A stretch of 64,000 nucleotides of DNA, taken from the NCBI GenBank assembly GCA_963764625.1, contig CAVXTH010000007.1:224001-288000 (forward strand), written 5' to 3'. Both the position numbers and the translations under genes were made by a program. Positions 1 through 10,811 of this stretch are shown piece after piece. Source of the DNA: Candidatus Krumholzibacteriota bacterium. Lineage in GTDB: Bacteria; Krumholzibacteriota; Krumholzibacteriia; JAJRXK01. How positions within the stretch are numbered: position 1 is the stretch's first letter; every line of letters starts with the position of its first letter. The notes beneath the pieces were generated by a model that worked only from the letters and a program-made list of their open reading frames with translations, made no database searches and was not told the origin of the DNA.

Positions 1-2
1 GA

Positions 3-1610
3 ATGCGTTCTTGGTTGCGCGACCGCGGATACGCACAGGCCGAGGTAACGAGCCGTGCAGACCAGGACAGCGTGCATCTCACAGTGGTGGTTCGATACCT
101 CATCGACATCGGCCGACGACAGCGGATCGGTGAGATCCTCGTCGAAGGCAATCACTCGGTTTCTGACCACATCATACGCCGTGAGCTTCCATTCAGCTCG
201 GGAGACCTCTATTCCCAGCGCATCGTGAATGAAGCTCGTAGCGATCTCCAACAACTTCAAATCGTGCGCGCATCGCGCTTAGAACTCCTGTCGCCTGCAC
301 TTGCAGACAGCTTGGGAGCTTCCCCGGCGGGAATCCCGGTGCGGCTGACGATCTGGGAAACCCCTCCACACCTGATTGCCGGAGAACTGGGCTACGGAAC
401 GGATTCAGGACTTCTGGCGACTGCGGAGTGGAACCATCGCAATTTCGCCGGCGACGCGCGCGTTCTCACGATATCCAGCCTGGCGCAGACTGGTGTTCTT
501 GCCACGGACCAGGTTCCGGACCGACGCTACCGGGGAGGGGTCACGCTCCAGCAACCTTACCTTTTCAACCGTCGCCTCAGCGCGCTGCTGGGTCCATTTA
601 TCGAATACCGCGAAGACTACCGCGATCGCTCGCTGGAGGCTGGTGCCAACACGACTCTCGTCTACCGCATCCATCGGTTGTTGTCGATGTCCCTGGACTA
701 CCACATTTCTCACCGCAAGATTTACGAATACCGGCTTGGTGAGTTGATCGTGGGTGATATAAACCTCCTCACCTATCTGTCACAAGCCGTGCTGGATTCG
801 CAGGAGAAATTCGAAGCGAGCGTAAACACGAGCTTGTTCACGCTCTCGGCGAATCTCGGCAGCCTCGATGAAATTGCCAATCCGCGCAAGGGGATCCTGT
901 TCAAGCCGTCCTTTCAATTTACTGCCCCTGCCAGTTTCTCCAGCGTCAACTACATCCGAGGTGACGGCTCTGTCTTCGGTTTTCTTCCCCTGGGGTCGCG
1001 GTTCACCCTTTCCGGGAGGGCGAGCGCTGGACGTCTCTACCCTTACGGCAAGAGCGTTCCGAAACCAGGTGAGACGGCGACAGAGAACGCTCTTGCGCTG
1101 AGGGATGCGTTCTTCACAGCCGGCGGTAGCACTGACGTGCGCGGCTGGGGCTATCGTCTGTTGGGGCCTAAGTTTCCCGACATCCGCGTCGTTCAAGTTG
1201 CTGATTCACTGGGCTTCGCAGCGGACGGCTACGTGCCGATCGGCGGTCTGTCACGATTGAGCTTTTCGCTCGAGCTCCGCATGCCTCTTCCACCGTTCGG
1301 ACCAAAAGTCGGATCGCATTTCTTTCTCGATGGAGGCCGCGTTTGGACAGGCGATTCGCGGTTCAGGCTGGGCGCGGATGAGTTCGACGAGGAGCGTTTC
1401 TTCTATGCGACAGGTGGGGGAATCGACCTCATCACCCCAGTCGGGCCGCTCGAACTGAGTCTTGGATACAAGCTCAACCCGTCGCTTCCCGATTTGGTGA
1501 ATTCGGGGGACCTGGTGGATGCCATACTGGCGGGCACGCCAACTGACGAACTAGAGAGGCACAACTCCCACCGCTGGCAATTCAGTCTGGTATTCGGCAC
1601 CAATTTCTGA
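3..1610 (+). CDS. Omp85 family (BamA/TamA-like) outer-membrane protein, 5'-truncated by the window edge
   Basis: POTRA-like segment (IGEILVEGNHSVSDHIIRRELPF..GDLYS), barrel start GYGTDSG...HRNFAG, loop motif AGGSTDVRGWG, TPVGPL near the end, terminal Phe. Confidence 0.85.
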   Translation: MRSWLRDRGYAQAEVTSRADQDSVHLTVVVRYLIDIGRRQRIGEILVEGNHSVSDHIIRRELPFSSGDLYSQRIVNEARSDLQQLQIVRASRLELLSPALADSLGASPAGIPVRLTIWETPPHLIAGELGYGTDSGLLATAEWNHRNFAGDARVLTISSLAQTGVLATDQVPDRRYRGGVTLQQPYLFNRRLSALLGPFIEYREDYRDRSLEAGANTTLVYRIHRLLSMSLDYHISHRKIYEYRLGELIVGDINLLTYLSQAVLDSQEKFEASVNTSLFTLSANLGSLDEIANPRKGILFKPSFQFTAPASFSSVNYIRGDGSVFGFLPLGSRFTLSGRASAGRLYPYGKSVPKPGETATENALALRDAFFTAGGSTDVRGWGYRLLGPKFPDIRVVQVADSLGFAADGYVPIGGLSRLSFSLELRMPLPPFGPKVGSHFFLDGGRVWTGDSRFRLGADEFDEERFFYATGGGIDLITPVGPLELSLGYKLNPSLPDLVNSGDLVDAILAGTPTDELERHNSHRWQFSLVFGTNF

Positions 1611-1735
1611 GTTCGTGGGCCGGAATCCGGCGCGCGGCATGGCGATGTAGCTTCGGAGCTCGCGGATCCTTCTCGCGCTGGACCTGAAGGAGGCAGACGG
1701 ATAGAATCACGCACCCCTTGGAAGGACCCCCGAAA

Positions 1736-2849
1736 TTGAGTGAATCACCACCGACCCGCGCTCCGCGCAGGGGCCGGCTCGTGCTCGCCGATGGGAGCGA
1801 ATACCCCGGAACCGTGTTCGGCGCTGCCCACGCGCGCGCGGGGAGAGGTTGTGTTCACCACCGGAATGGTTGGGTATTCGGAGGCTCTCACCGATCCTTC
1901 CTACTGCGGGCAGATTCTCGTTTCGACCTACCCTCTCATCGGCAATTACGGCGTTCCGCCGCGAGCGGCGGAGGATCCTCTTCATCCCGGCTTCGAATCG
2001 GATCGGATTCACGCCAGCGGCTTCGTAGTGGCCAAACTCTCCCGCGACTTCTGCCACTGGGGCGCCGCTTCCTCCCTCGATACGTGGCTGCGTGAGGAGG
2101 GCGTGATGGGTCTGGCGGAAGTCGACACCCGTGCGCTCACCCGGCGGCTGCGCGCGTCGGGAACCATGGCCGGCAAGCTCTTGGTGGAGGGTGAGAGAGC
2201 AGAGACCGAGGTCGATGAGGACCCGCCCTTCGAAGACATCAACCGGTGCAATCTCGTGGACGAGGTGAGCGTGAAGGAGCCGGTACTCTACGGGAACGGG
2301 CGCCGTCGCGTGCTGCTTGTCGACTGCGGGGTGAAGCTAAGCATCATACGCAGCCTATTGGACCGCGGACTGAGCGTGCTGCGCGTGCCGTGGGACCACG
2401 ATTTCAACTCCGAGGATGGCGATGCGATCTTCGTCTCCAACGGTCCGGGCGATCCCAAGATGGCGAATAGGACCATCGAGAACCTGCGGCGTGCGCTGGC
2501 TGGGGATCGGCCGATTTTCGGGGTGTGCCTGGGTAACCAGTTGCTCGCTCTCGCCGGCGGATGCGACACCTACAAACTCAAGTTCGGACATCGCTCGCAC
2601 AACCAGCCGGCTAAGGAAGCGGCGGGCATGCGTTGCTACATCACGAGTCAAAACCACGGCTACGCGGTGGACTCCAAGAGCCTTCCTCCAGAATGGGAAG
2701 AATGGCTGGTGAACGCCAACGACGGGAGCAACGAGGGAATCCGGCACCGGGAGAAGCCGTTTTGGGCGGTTCAATTTCACCCCGAGGCGAACCCGGGACC
2801 GCACGACACCGCCTTTCTCTTCGACCGTTTCGCCCAGGAGCTCGGATGA
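1736..2849 (+). CDS. carA: Carbamoyl-phosphate synthase small subunit (apparent +1 frameshift at about 1840-1843)
   Basis: GRLVLADGSEYPGTVFGA in the 1718 frame; GEVVFTTGMVGY..LTDPSY.GQI, SNGPGDP, GVCLGNQ, SQNHGY and VQFHPE in the 1740 frame; TTG at 1736 follows GAAGGA. Confidence 0.92.
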
Positions 2850-5800
2850 ACCGCAAGCCAGACAAGGTGCTCATCCTGGGCAGTGGCGCGCTGAAAATCG
2901 GCGAAGCCGGTGAGTTCGACTACTCCGGCTCCCAGGCGATCAAGGCTCTGCGGGAGGAGGGAATCCAAACCGTCCTGGTGAACCCGAACATCGCCACCAT
3001 TCAGACCTCGGAGGGCCTCGCGGACGAAATCTATTTCCTGCCGGTGAACGCCGATTTCGTCGAGCGCGTCATCGAGAAGGAGCGGCCGGACGCGATTCTG
3101 CTCGCCTTCGGCGGCCAGACCGCCCTCAACTGCGGGATCGAGCTGGCGGACCGAGGGGTTCTGGAACGCCACGGCGTCGAAGTTCTCGGCACCCCGCTCG
3201 AGACGATTCGCGTCACCGAAGATCGACAGCGGTTCGCCGAAATGCTGCGCGAAATCGGGCTCGACACGCCACGCAGTCGCGCCGTGACCGAGGTGGATGA
3301 CGCGCTCGCGGTGGCGCGTGAGATCGGTTTTCCCGTGATGGTGCGCGTCGCCTTTGCTCTGGGAGGGAAGGGCTCGGGTATCGCGCGTGACGAGCTGCAG
3401 CTGACGCAGATGGCCCATCAGGCACTGAACGGCGCGCCACAACTTCTAGTGGAGGAGTACCTGGAGGGGTGGAAAGAGATCGAATACGAGGTTGTGCGCG
3501 ATCGCTTCGACAACTGCATCACGGTCTGCAACATGGAGAACGTTGACGCCCTGGGGATCCACACCGGCGAAAGCATCGTCGTTGCACCTTCGCAGACTCT
3601 CAATGATCACGACTATCACCGGCTGCGCACCATCTCGATCGAACTGATTCGGAACCTGGGAGTGGTGGGGGAATGCAACGTGCAGTTCGCGCTTCACCCC
3701 GCTCGCGACGAGTACCGCATCATCGAGGTCAACGCACGTCTGTCACGCAGCTCGGCCTTGGCTTCGAAGGCGACCGGTTACCCTCTTGCATTCGTGGCCG
3801 CGAAGATCGCGCTGGGCGCGTCGCTCACCGAGGTGCCCAACTCGATCACCCGTGTTACCTCGAGCTGCTTCGAGCCAGCGCTCGACTACCTCGTCATCAA
3901 AATGCCGCGCTGGGATCTCAAGAAGTTCCCTCGCGTCTCCCACGTACTCGGCAGTGAGATGAAGAGTGTCGGCGAGGTGATGGCCATCGGGCGCAGTTTT
4001 GAGGAGGCATTGCAGAAGGCCTGCCGGATGCTGGGCACCGGAGCGCATGGTCTAGTCACGAATACCCTTGCCTTCGAGGATCTCGAGGAGGAACTGCGGC
4101 ACCCAACCGAAAATCGAGTCTTTGCCATCGCCGAGGCGATGCGGCGCGAGATGGACTTCGAACGCATCCACGAGCTCACGCGTATCTCGCCCTGGTTCCT
4201 GCAGCGGATTCGCGACATCGTCGAGACGGCCCGCAAGATAGCGGAGTTCTCCTTGGAGGGGCTTCCCGCCGCTCTCATGCGGCAGGCCAAGCAGCAGGGC
4301 TTCTCCGACAACCAGATCGCGCGGATTCTGCGGCGCGAGCAGGCGCTCGGTCCCGGCTACGGCGGCAATTTGGAAGTCCGCCGCCGTCGTCTCGAGCTGG
4401 GAATTCACCCGGTGGTGAAGCAGATCGACACCCTCGCCGCAGAATATCCGGCTCAGACGAACTACCTGTACCTGACGTACAACGGCACCGAAGACGACGT
4501 CCTTCCGACGAAGGGGCGCCCCTGTCTCGTCTTGGGTGGCGGCGCCTACCGCATCGGCTCCTCGGTCGAGTTCGATTGGTGCTGCGTGAACGCGGCACAA
4601 GCGCTGAAGCGGCTCGGTCACGGAGCCGTGATGATCAACTGCAACCCGGAGACGGTGTCCACCGATTATGACACCTGTGATCGCCTGTACTTCGAGGAGC
4701 TGTCCTTGGAGCGGGTGCTCGACATCTGTGCAAAAGAGGACCCACACGGACTCGTTCTCAGCATGGGGGGACAGATCCCCAACAAGTTGGCAGTTCCGCT
4801 GGGCGAAGCGGGCATTCCGGTGCTGGGAACGGCTCCGGCCGATATCGACCGGGCCGAGAATCGTCAGCTCTTTTCCTCACTCTTGGACGAACTCGGAGTC
4901 GACCAGCCACAGTGGCGCGAGGCGAGTTCGACCGAAGAAGCCCTGCAGTTTGCCCGCGAGTCGGGCTATCCGGTGTTGGTAAGGCCTTCCTACGTACTCA
5001 GCGGCGCCGCGATGAGCGTGGCCCACGGCGACGCGGAGCTCGAAGTCTATCTGCGCGCGGCGGCGGAGGTCTCCCGCGAGTTTCCCGTGGTCCTCTCGAA
5101 GTTCATCCTGAACGCCAAGGAAATCGAGTTGGATGCGGTGGCCAAAGACGGGGAGGTGGTGTGCTATGCGATCAGCGAGCACGTGGAGAACGCGGGCGTA
5201 CATTCGGGAGACGCGACGCTGATCTTTCCCTCGCAACGCCTCTATCACGAGACGGTGCGCCGTATCAAACAGGTTTCGCGACGCATTGCCCACGCTCTAC
5301 GCATCACCGGACCGTTCAACATCCAGTTTCTCGCGCGGGAGAACCGTATTCAGGTGATCGAGTGCAACCTGCGGGCCTCGCGGAGCTTTCCCTTCGTTTC
5401 GAAAGTTCTGAGGGAGAATTTCATCGAGTACGCGGTGCGGTGCATGCTGGAAGATCGAGTCGAGGCGCCGGAGAAATCAGCCTTCGAACTCGACTACGTC
5501 GGAGTCAAGGCGCCCCAGTTCAGTTTCTCGCGCCTCAAGGGGGCCGATCCGCTTCTGGGAGTGGAAATGGCGTCCACCGGGGAAGTGGCGTGTCTGGGCC
5601 ACGATGTCCAGGACGCGTTCTTGCGGGCCATGCTCGCCGTCGGCCATCGCATTCCCCGCAAGGGAGTCCTGCTCTCGACGGGCACGATCGAAGGAAAGGT
5701 GGCGTTTCTCGAGAGCGCGCGCCAACTGCGCGAGGCGGGACTTGCGCTGTACGCAACGCCCGGTACGCATGAGTTTCTGGCCGGCTACGGGGTGGAAGCA

Positions 5801-6064
5801 GGGCTCCTTCACGCTCCGCTCGACGAGCGTCAGCCCAACGTGGTCGACGCCATTCGCTCGGGAGAGATCGATCTCGTGATCAACGTCCCCAAGAGCTTTC
5901 AAGCCGAGGAACTCAACAACGACTATCTCATCCGCCGGCACGCCGTCGACTACGAGATTCCTCTCTTCACCAACATCCAGGCCGCGGTGATGTTCGTGGC
6001 TGCCGTCACGAGCCTCGACCCGCAGCGTGATTTGCCAGCAAAAGCCTGGAGCGAGTACCGCTGA
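2846..6064 (+). CDS. carB: Carbamoyl-phosphate synthase large subunit
   Basis: KVLILGSGALKIGEAGEFDYSG, two ATP-grasp halves, NCNPETVSTDYD, RPSYVLSG, MGS-like C-terminus; ATGA overlap with the carA stop. Confidence 0.97.
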   Translation: MNRKPDKVLILGSGALKIGEAGEFDYSGSQAIKALREEGIQTVLVNPNIATIQTSEGLADEIYFLPVNADFVERVIEKERPDAILLAFGGQTALNCGIELADRGVLERHGVEVLGTPLETIRVTEDRQRFAEMLREIGLDTPRSRAVTEVDDALAVAREIGFPVMVRVAFALGGKGSGIARDELQLTQMAHQALNGAPQLLVEEYLEGWKEIEYEVVRDRFDNCITVCNMENVDALGIHTGESIVVAPSQTLNDHDYHRLRTISIELIRNLGVVGECNVQFALHPARDEYRIIEVNARLSRSSALASKATGYPLAFVAAKIALGASLTEVPNSITRVTSSCFEPALDYLVIKMPRWDLKKFPRVSHVLGSEMKSVGEVMAIGRSFEEALQKACRMLGTGAHGLVTNTLAFEDLEEELRHPTENRVFAIAEAMRREMDFERIHELTRISPWFLQRIRDIVETARKIAEFSLEGLPAALMRQAKQQGFSDNQIARILRREQALGPGYGGNLEVRRRRLELGIHPVVKQIDTLAAEYPAQTNYLYLTYNGTEDDVLPTKGRPCLVLGGGAYRIGSSVEFDWCCVNAAQALKRLGHGAVMINCNPETVSTDYDTCDRLYFEELSLERVLDICAKEDPHGLVLSMGGQIPNKLAVPLGEAGIPVLGTAPADIDRAENRQLFSSLLDELGVDQPQWREASSTEEALQFARESGYPVLVRPSYVLSGAAMSVAHGDAELEVYLRAAAEVSREFPVVLSKFILNAKEIELDAVAKDGEVVCYAISEHVENAGVHSGDATLIFPSQRLYHETVRRIKQVSRRIAHALRITGPFNIQFLARENRIQVIECNLRASRSFPFVSKVLRENFIEYAVRCMLEDRVEAPEKSAFELDYVGVKAPQFSFSRLKGADPLLGVEMASTGEVACLGHDVQDAFLRAMLAVGHRIPRKGVLLSTGTIEGKVAFLESARQLREAGLALYATPGTHEFLAGYGVEAGLLHAPLDERQPNVVDAIRSGEIDLVINVPKSFQAEELNNDYLIRRHAVDYEIPLFTNIQAAVMFVAAVTSLDPQRDLPAKAWSEYR

Positions 6065-6093
6065 GAGCGGATGCGGAACGCAGAACTCGCTTA

Positions 6094-7764
6094 TTACTTC
6101 AGAAGAGCCATCTTTCTGGTCTCTTTGAAAGTTCCTGCCACCATCTGGCAAAAATACACACCGGACGCCTGTGGTTGCCCGGATGCATCTCTCCCGTCCC
6201 AGTTGACGGTTGCCGGACCGGCGGGACTGACTCGATCGACAAGCGTTCGCACGAGTCTGCCCGAGAGATCGTAGATCCTGATCGTCACCGTCGATCCGCC
6301 GGCCGGGACGTCGTAGTGGATCGTGGTACTTGGATTGAAAGGGTTCGGGACATTCTGCTGCAAAGCTGGACGCACCGGTATCGTTCCTCCGGGGAGACCG
6401 GTAGACAACATCGCTGCGCTCTTCACCATTACCGCCACGTTGTCGAATAGAGGAGCGTGGCTATGACATGTCCCCGAGGAGTAAGGAGGACAGAAGACTG
6501 GGCATTCATCGATGACCTCGAGCGCCACCTGAACCTGAGTAGCACCGGTGGGAATGGGCAATGCGACCGCGTTCGCGACCCATGTCTTGGTATTGCCAAA
6601 CAATAGAAGGTGAGGATCATGCCACAGACCGAGTGTACCCTCTACGGTGAAGCGTGCCCGCACGTTGAAAAACACGGCATTTGCAAAAGGCAGGTCCTGA
6701 TAGGCGTCGAATTGAACCAGGAGAGTGTCCGCCTCCGGGACCGGTGAGCCGTCCGACGTCATGTCGAGATTGATGAGGGGCGAACGTATTTCGTTGTGAA
6801 AGAAGTCCTCCACTTGGGTCGCGTCGTTCTTCTTGGTGGGAACCGCTAGCTGCTCAGGATGTCCACCGCAGCCGTAATCGTCCGGTGAGCCGTTGAAAAA
6901 AGCTAGGAAATGCGTGGAGTTCGTGAGCGAGGGATCCTCTTGCAATACGCTAGCGCCATCGAATACGCCTGAATAATCGCCAAATGGATGGTAGCGCAGT
7001 GCTCCCCAGTCTCCGTCGATGGTAGCGGTATCTCCGACTGCTTCGGACTCGAAATCTTGGAACTCCGCGAGACCGGCGCCCGTGAGACTCAGGTTGTCGA
7101 TGATTGCTGCGCCATTGTGATCTTCCCCGTCCTCGTCGGAAATGGTGGCATCCGATTCCACCCTGAATCGTACGGTCACGGCGCCCGCAAGGCTGTCACC
7201 GGGAATCACAAACACAGGTGCCGCACTTCCCGAGCCGGTATAATCAGCCAGCGAACGCCAGCGGTCCGTCTTCGAGAGGTACTGCACTCGGACAAAATCG
7301 TAGTCCTCCTCGACGTCATACTGGATGTCGAAGGAGAAAGAGACATCTCCCGCTACCACCGGCAGTGCGTTCGAGGTAAAGTCCTGAAGCCAATTGTTCC
7401 CGTAGCCCGGCGGAGTTGCGTATAGACAGCCGACCCCGGTCCCACAGGCCACGCCGCACCAGAGGGACTTCGAACCCGCGATGGGAGCATAGGGCGCGGG
7501 CAGGCCCGCGAAATTATCGACGTGAAAGTATGCCCCGGTCTGTTCGGTCAGGTCGGCACCGGTCCATCCCTGTGGATCGGGCCCGCCGAGTAGATCATCG
7601 AAGTCGTACTCGGCCAGAGTGAACACTTGATTGCTGAAGGTGGCGGCCAGGGCAGCCGTGTTGGTCGTATCTTGTGCTTGCCGGGGAAGGGCAGCTGCAG
7701 TGACTGCCCGTAATGCGAACACGAATACGCAAACGAGGACGGTGAACAGACGCATCGTCCACAC
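6094..7764 (-). CDS. Secreted protein with jelly-roll-like domains and FlgD-Ig/T9SS-type C-terminal domain
   Basis: N-terminal signal peptide; QNVPNPFNPSTTIHY...SGVYFCQM...RKMALLK; GGAGG upstream. Confidence 0.8.
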   Translation of the reverse strand: MWTMRLFTVLVCVFVFALRAVTAAALPRQAQDTTNTAALAATFSNQVFTLAEYDFDDLLGGPDPQGWTGADLTEQTGAYFHVDNFAGLPAPYAPIAGSKSLWCGVACGTGVGCLYATPPGYGNNWLQDFTSNALPVVAGDVSFSFDIQYDVEEDYDFVRVQYLSKTDRWRSLADYTGSGSAAPVFVIPGDSLAGAVTVRFRVESDATISDEDGEDHNGAAIIDNLSLTGAGLAEFQDFESEAVGDTATIDGDWGALRYHPFGDYSGVFDGASVLQEDPSLTNSTHFLAFFNGSPDDYGCGGHPEQLAVPTKKNDATQVEDFFHNEIRSPLINLDMTSDGSPVPEADTLLVQFDAYQDLPFANAVFFNVRARFTVEGTLGLWHDPHLLLFGNTKTWVANAVALPIPTGATQVQVALEVIDECPVFCPPYSSGTCHSHAPLFDNVAVMVKSAAMLSTGLPGGTIPVRPALQQNVPNPFNPSTTIHYDVPAGGSTVTIRIYDLSGRLVRTLVDRVSPAGPATVNWDGRDASGQPQASGVYFCQMVAGTFKETRKMALLK

Positions 7765-8111
7765 CTCCTTGCATGATGAGTTGTTCGCGGCGGGGAGGGG
7801 ACCCTTGAGGCGGAATTATATCAGTTTCGAGTGCTCCAGGCAAGCATCTCGCGCTTCTCAATCGTAAGGCATGTCCTCCTTCCACTCCTTGCTCAAGGCC
7901 ACTGAACAGATTCTTTCCACCCTGATTCTTCACGGTACTTTTCCTTGTCTCGTGATCTGGGAGTGCTAGCCTGCGAAAAGATTACCGGTGGTTGCTTCCC
8001 CCAATCGGTATTCCTGCCCCGCGGCCGAGTTCTTCGGCTTCCACCGGCTTTTGCCTCTTTCACGCTGGGCTTCAATCAAACTCAAAACTCTCGCCATACG
8101 AGGAGGTTGTC

Positions 8112-10694
8112 TTGAGAACTCCCCGCGTCTTCGGCTTGTGCTGTCTATTGATAGCCTCGCTGATTCTCTGGACTGGTTGTGGAAACGAGCACACTCCTGA
8201 TCTCGTCACTCCGCAGTCCGCGGCTCACTCTCTCGGAAACACCGGTGTGCAGAATTCGGTGCCGACCGGATACTACGACACCGTTGACCTGACCAACGCG
8301 ACCACCCTGCGCAACTCCCTGCACAACATCATCAAGGATCACGTGCGGTTTGCCTACACTTCGACCAGTACGGATACCTGGGACATTCTCGAACAAGCCG
8401 ACGAGGACCCCAGCAATCCCAACGACATCCTCGATCTGTACCGCAATGCGAGCTATCCGAAACAGGGCGGGGGCAACACCTACTACCAGCGTGAACACAC
8501 CTGGCCCAAGTCCTACGGCTTTCCCAACGACAATTCGACGAACTATCCCTACACCGACTGCCACCATCTTTTCCTGTGCGATGGCGGCTACAACGGCTCG
8601 CGCAGCAACAAGCCCTACCGCTTCTGCGACGCCAGTTGCACCGAGAAACCCACTCTCTTGACCGATGGGGTTGGCGGCGGCAGCGGAGTCTATCCTGGAA
8701 ACTCGAATTGGACTTCGGGCTCCTACACCCAGGGGACGTGGGAAGTGTGGCAAGACCGGCGGGGCGATGTGGCGCGTGCACTGTTCTACATGGACGTACG
8801 CTACGAAGGTGGCACCAATGGCAACAGCGGCGCGCCGGAACCCGACCTGATTCTCACCGATGACGAGGCGCTGATCGATGCCTCCAACACGGGCAGCAAC
8901 GAGAGTGTCGGCTACATGGGGATGCTCTCGGTGCTCCTGGAGTGGAACCAGGAGGATCCGGTCGACGCCAAGGAAGAACACAAGAACGACGTGGTCTACA
9001 GCTACCAAGGGAATCGTAATCCCTTCGTCGACCACCCGGATTGGGTCGGATGTATTTTCGGGGGCAACTGCTCCGGAGGCGATGTTACTTCGCCCGCCGC
9101 TCCCACCGGACTCGTCGCGACCGCGGGCGACGGCAGCGTCGACCTGGATTGGACCGACAACACCGAGGGTGACCTCGACGGGTATCACGTGTATCGCGCC
9201 ACTGGGGTGGGTGGGCCGTTCAGCCGCATCGACCCCGCGCTTCTGTCGAGCAGCACCTACCAGGACAGCGGGCTCAGCAACGGTACCACCTACTACTATC
9301 AGGTGACCGCGGTCGACCTCTCGGGCAACGAGTCCGCGCCCAGCACCACCCAGAGCGCAACGCCTCAAGGTGGCGGGAGCGGTGGGGGAATCGCCTGGAT
9401 CAACGAGTTCCACTATGACAACGCGAGTACCGACACCGGCGAGTTCGTGGAGATCGCGGGTACCGCGGGCACCAGTCTCTCGGGTTGGTCCGTGGTGGGC
9501 TACAATGGCAATGGCGGCGGCACCTACCAAACCGTCGCTCTGTCGGGAACCCTGCCCGATCAGGCTTCGGGCTTCGGCACTCTGAGCTTCGCGTTCACGG
9601 GCATGCAGAACGGATCACCCGATGGACTGGCTCTGGTCGATGCGAGCAATCAGGTGGTGGAGTTTTTGAGCTACGAGGGGACCTTCACTGCTACCGACGG
9701 CCCGGCTCTCGGGATGAGTTCGACCGACGTGGGGGTGAGCGAGAGCTCCAGCACCCCCGTGGGTGATTCTCTTCAGCGGACGGGAAGTGGAACCGCCGCG
9801 GCCGAGTTTACCTGGACCGGACCTTTGGGCGAGAGCCCGGGGCAGGTCAACGCGGGGCAGAGCTTCGGCGGCCCACCGCCTGATACGACGCCCCCTGACG
9901 CGCCGACGGGGTTGGTCGCCACCGCGGGCGACGGAGTGGTCGATCTCGACTGGGCCGACAATACCGAGGGTGACCTGAACGGCTACAATGTGCTGCGCTC
10001 GACCAGCTCCGGTGGGGGATACACCGTCCTCAACGGTAGCCTGCTCTCCTCCAGCCTCTACACCGACACCTCTGTGAGCAACGGCACGACTTATTATTAC
10101 GTGGTGCAGGCGCTGGACATGGTCGGCAATGCGTCCGGGTTTAGCTCGGAAGTGAGCGCTCTACCGGAGGCTCCTACCCCGGTGGCTTGGATCAACGAGT
10201 TCCACTACGACAATCGTAAGACGGATCGCAACGAGTTCGTGGAGGTCGCGGGCAACGCAGGACTCGATTTGAGCGGCTGGGCCCTCGTGGGATACAACGG
10301 CGCGAATGGATCCGCATACGACACCATCTCGCTTTCCGGAGTGATTCCCAATCAGCTGAGTGGATTCGGCACGCTGGCCTTCGACTTCTCCGGCCTGCAG
10401 AACGGATCGCCGGACGGAATCGCGCTGGTGGACGACACGGGGACGGTGGTGGAGTTCCTGAGCTACGAAGGGAGCTTCAGCGCGACCGACGGTCCCGCCA
10501 GTGGCATGAGTTCGACCGACGTGGGGGTGAGTGAAGACTCCTCGACCGGGAATCGCGACTCGCTGCAGCGTGTCGGCACCGGTCAACTGGGAAGCGATTT
10601 CAGCTGGTCCGGCCCCAGTCCGTCGAGCGAAGGCCAGATCAACAGTGGGCAGACCTTCTCCAGTCAGTTGAGGGTCTCGATCGCGGATCGTTAG
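8112..10694 (+). CDS. Extracellular endonuclease I (Bsn/EndA-like) lipoprotein with two FN3 + lamin-tail-like modules
   Basis: AGGAGG then TTG at 8112; lipobox-like WTGC; REHTWPKS, HHLF, RGDVARALFYMDVRY, QGNRNPFVDHP; two copies of P.APTGLVATAGDG...AWINEFHYDN. Confidence 0.88.
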   Translation: MRTPRVFGLCCLLIASLILWTGCGNEHTPDLVTPQSAAHSLGNTGVQNSVPTGYYDTVDLTNATTLRNSLHNIIKDHVRFAYTSTSTDTWDILEQADEDPSNPNDILDLYRNASYPKQGGGNTYYQREHTWPKSYGFPNDNSTNYPYTDCHHLFLCDGGYNGSRSNKPYRFCDASCTEKPTLLTDGVGGGSGVYPGNSNWTSGSYTQGTWEVWQDRRGDVARALFYMDVRYEGGTNGNSGAPEPDLILTDDEALIDASNTGSNESVGYMGMLSVLLEWNQEDPVDAKEEHKNDVVYSYQGNRNPFVDHPDWVGCIFGGNCSGGDVTSPAAPTGLVATAGDGSVDLDWTDNTEGDLDGYHVYRATGVGGPFSRIDPALLSSSTYQDSGLSNGTTYYYQVTAVDLSGNESAPSTTQSATPQGGGSGGGIAWINEFHYDNASTDTGEFVEIAGTAGTSLSGWSVVGYNGNGGGTYQTVALSGTLPDQASGFGTLSFAFTGMQNGSPDGLALVDASNQVVEFLSYEGTFTATDGPALGMSSTDVGVSESSSTPVGDSLQRTGSGTAAAEFTWTGPLGESPGQVNAGQSFGGPPPDTTPPDAPTGLVATAGDGVVDLDWADNTEGDLNGYNVLRSTSSGGGYTVLNGSLLSSSLYTDTSVSNGTTYYYVVQALDMVGNASGFSSEVSALPEAPTPVAWINEFHYDNRKTDRNEFVEVAGNAGLDLSGWALVGYNGANGSAYDTISLSGVIPNQLSGFGTLAFDFSGLQNGSPDGIALVDDTGTVVEFLSYEGSFSATDGPASGMSSTDVGVSEDSSTGNRDSLQRVGTGQLGSDFSWSGPSPSSEGQINSGQTFSSQLRVSIADR
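9081..10660 (+). repeat. Intragenic tandem duplication (period about 800 bp) of an FN3 + LTD-like module
   Basis: Units start at about 9081 and 9882; shared DNA blocks such as TGGATCAACGAGTTCCACTA and ATGAGTTCGACCGACGTGGGGGTGAG. Confidence 0.9.
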
Positions 10695-10707
10695 ACCCCC
10701 CGATCAC

Positions 10708-10766
10708 AGCTGCGGGCGCATTGCGCCGCAGCTCTTGGTGGCTCCACCCACGAGGGTGGGGCCACC
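10708..10766 (+). terminator. Two adjacent GC-rich hairpins after the nuclease gene
   Basis: AGCTGCGG...CCGCAGCT (10708-10733) and GGTGGCTCCACCC-ACGA-GGGTGGGGCCACC (10737-10766); no clear U-tract. Confidence 0.4.
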
Positions 10767-10811
10767 CCATCAGGATTCGACAATCCACGTGATTTGAGCT
10801 AATTTGCCGCC

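Noticed and set aside
2633-2845. N-terminal extension of carB in the ORF track
   Set aside because: Overlaps carA; ATG 2846 gives the normal CarB start and an ATGA coupling
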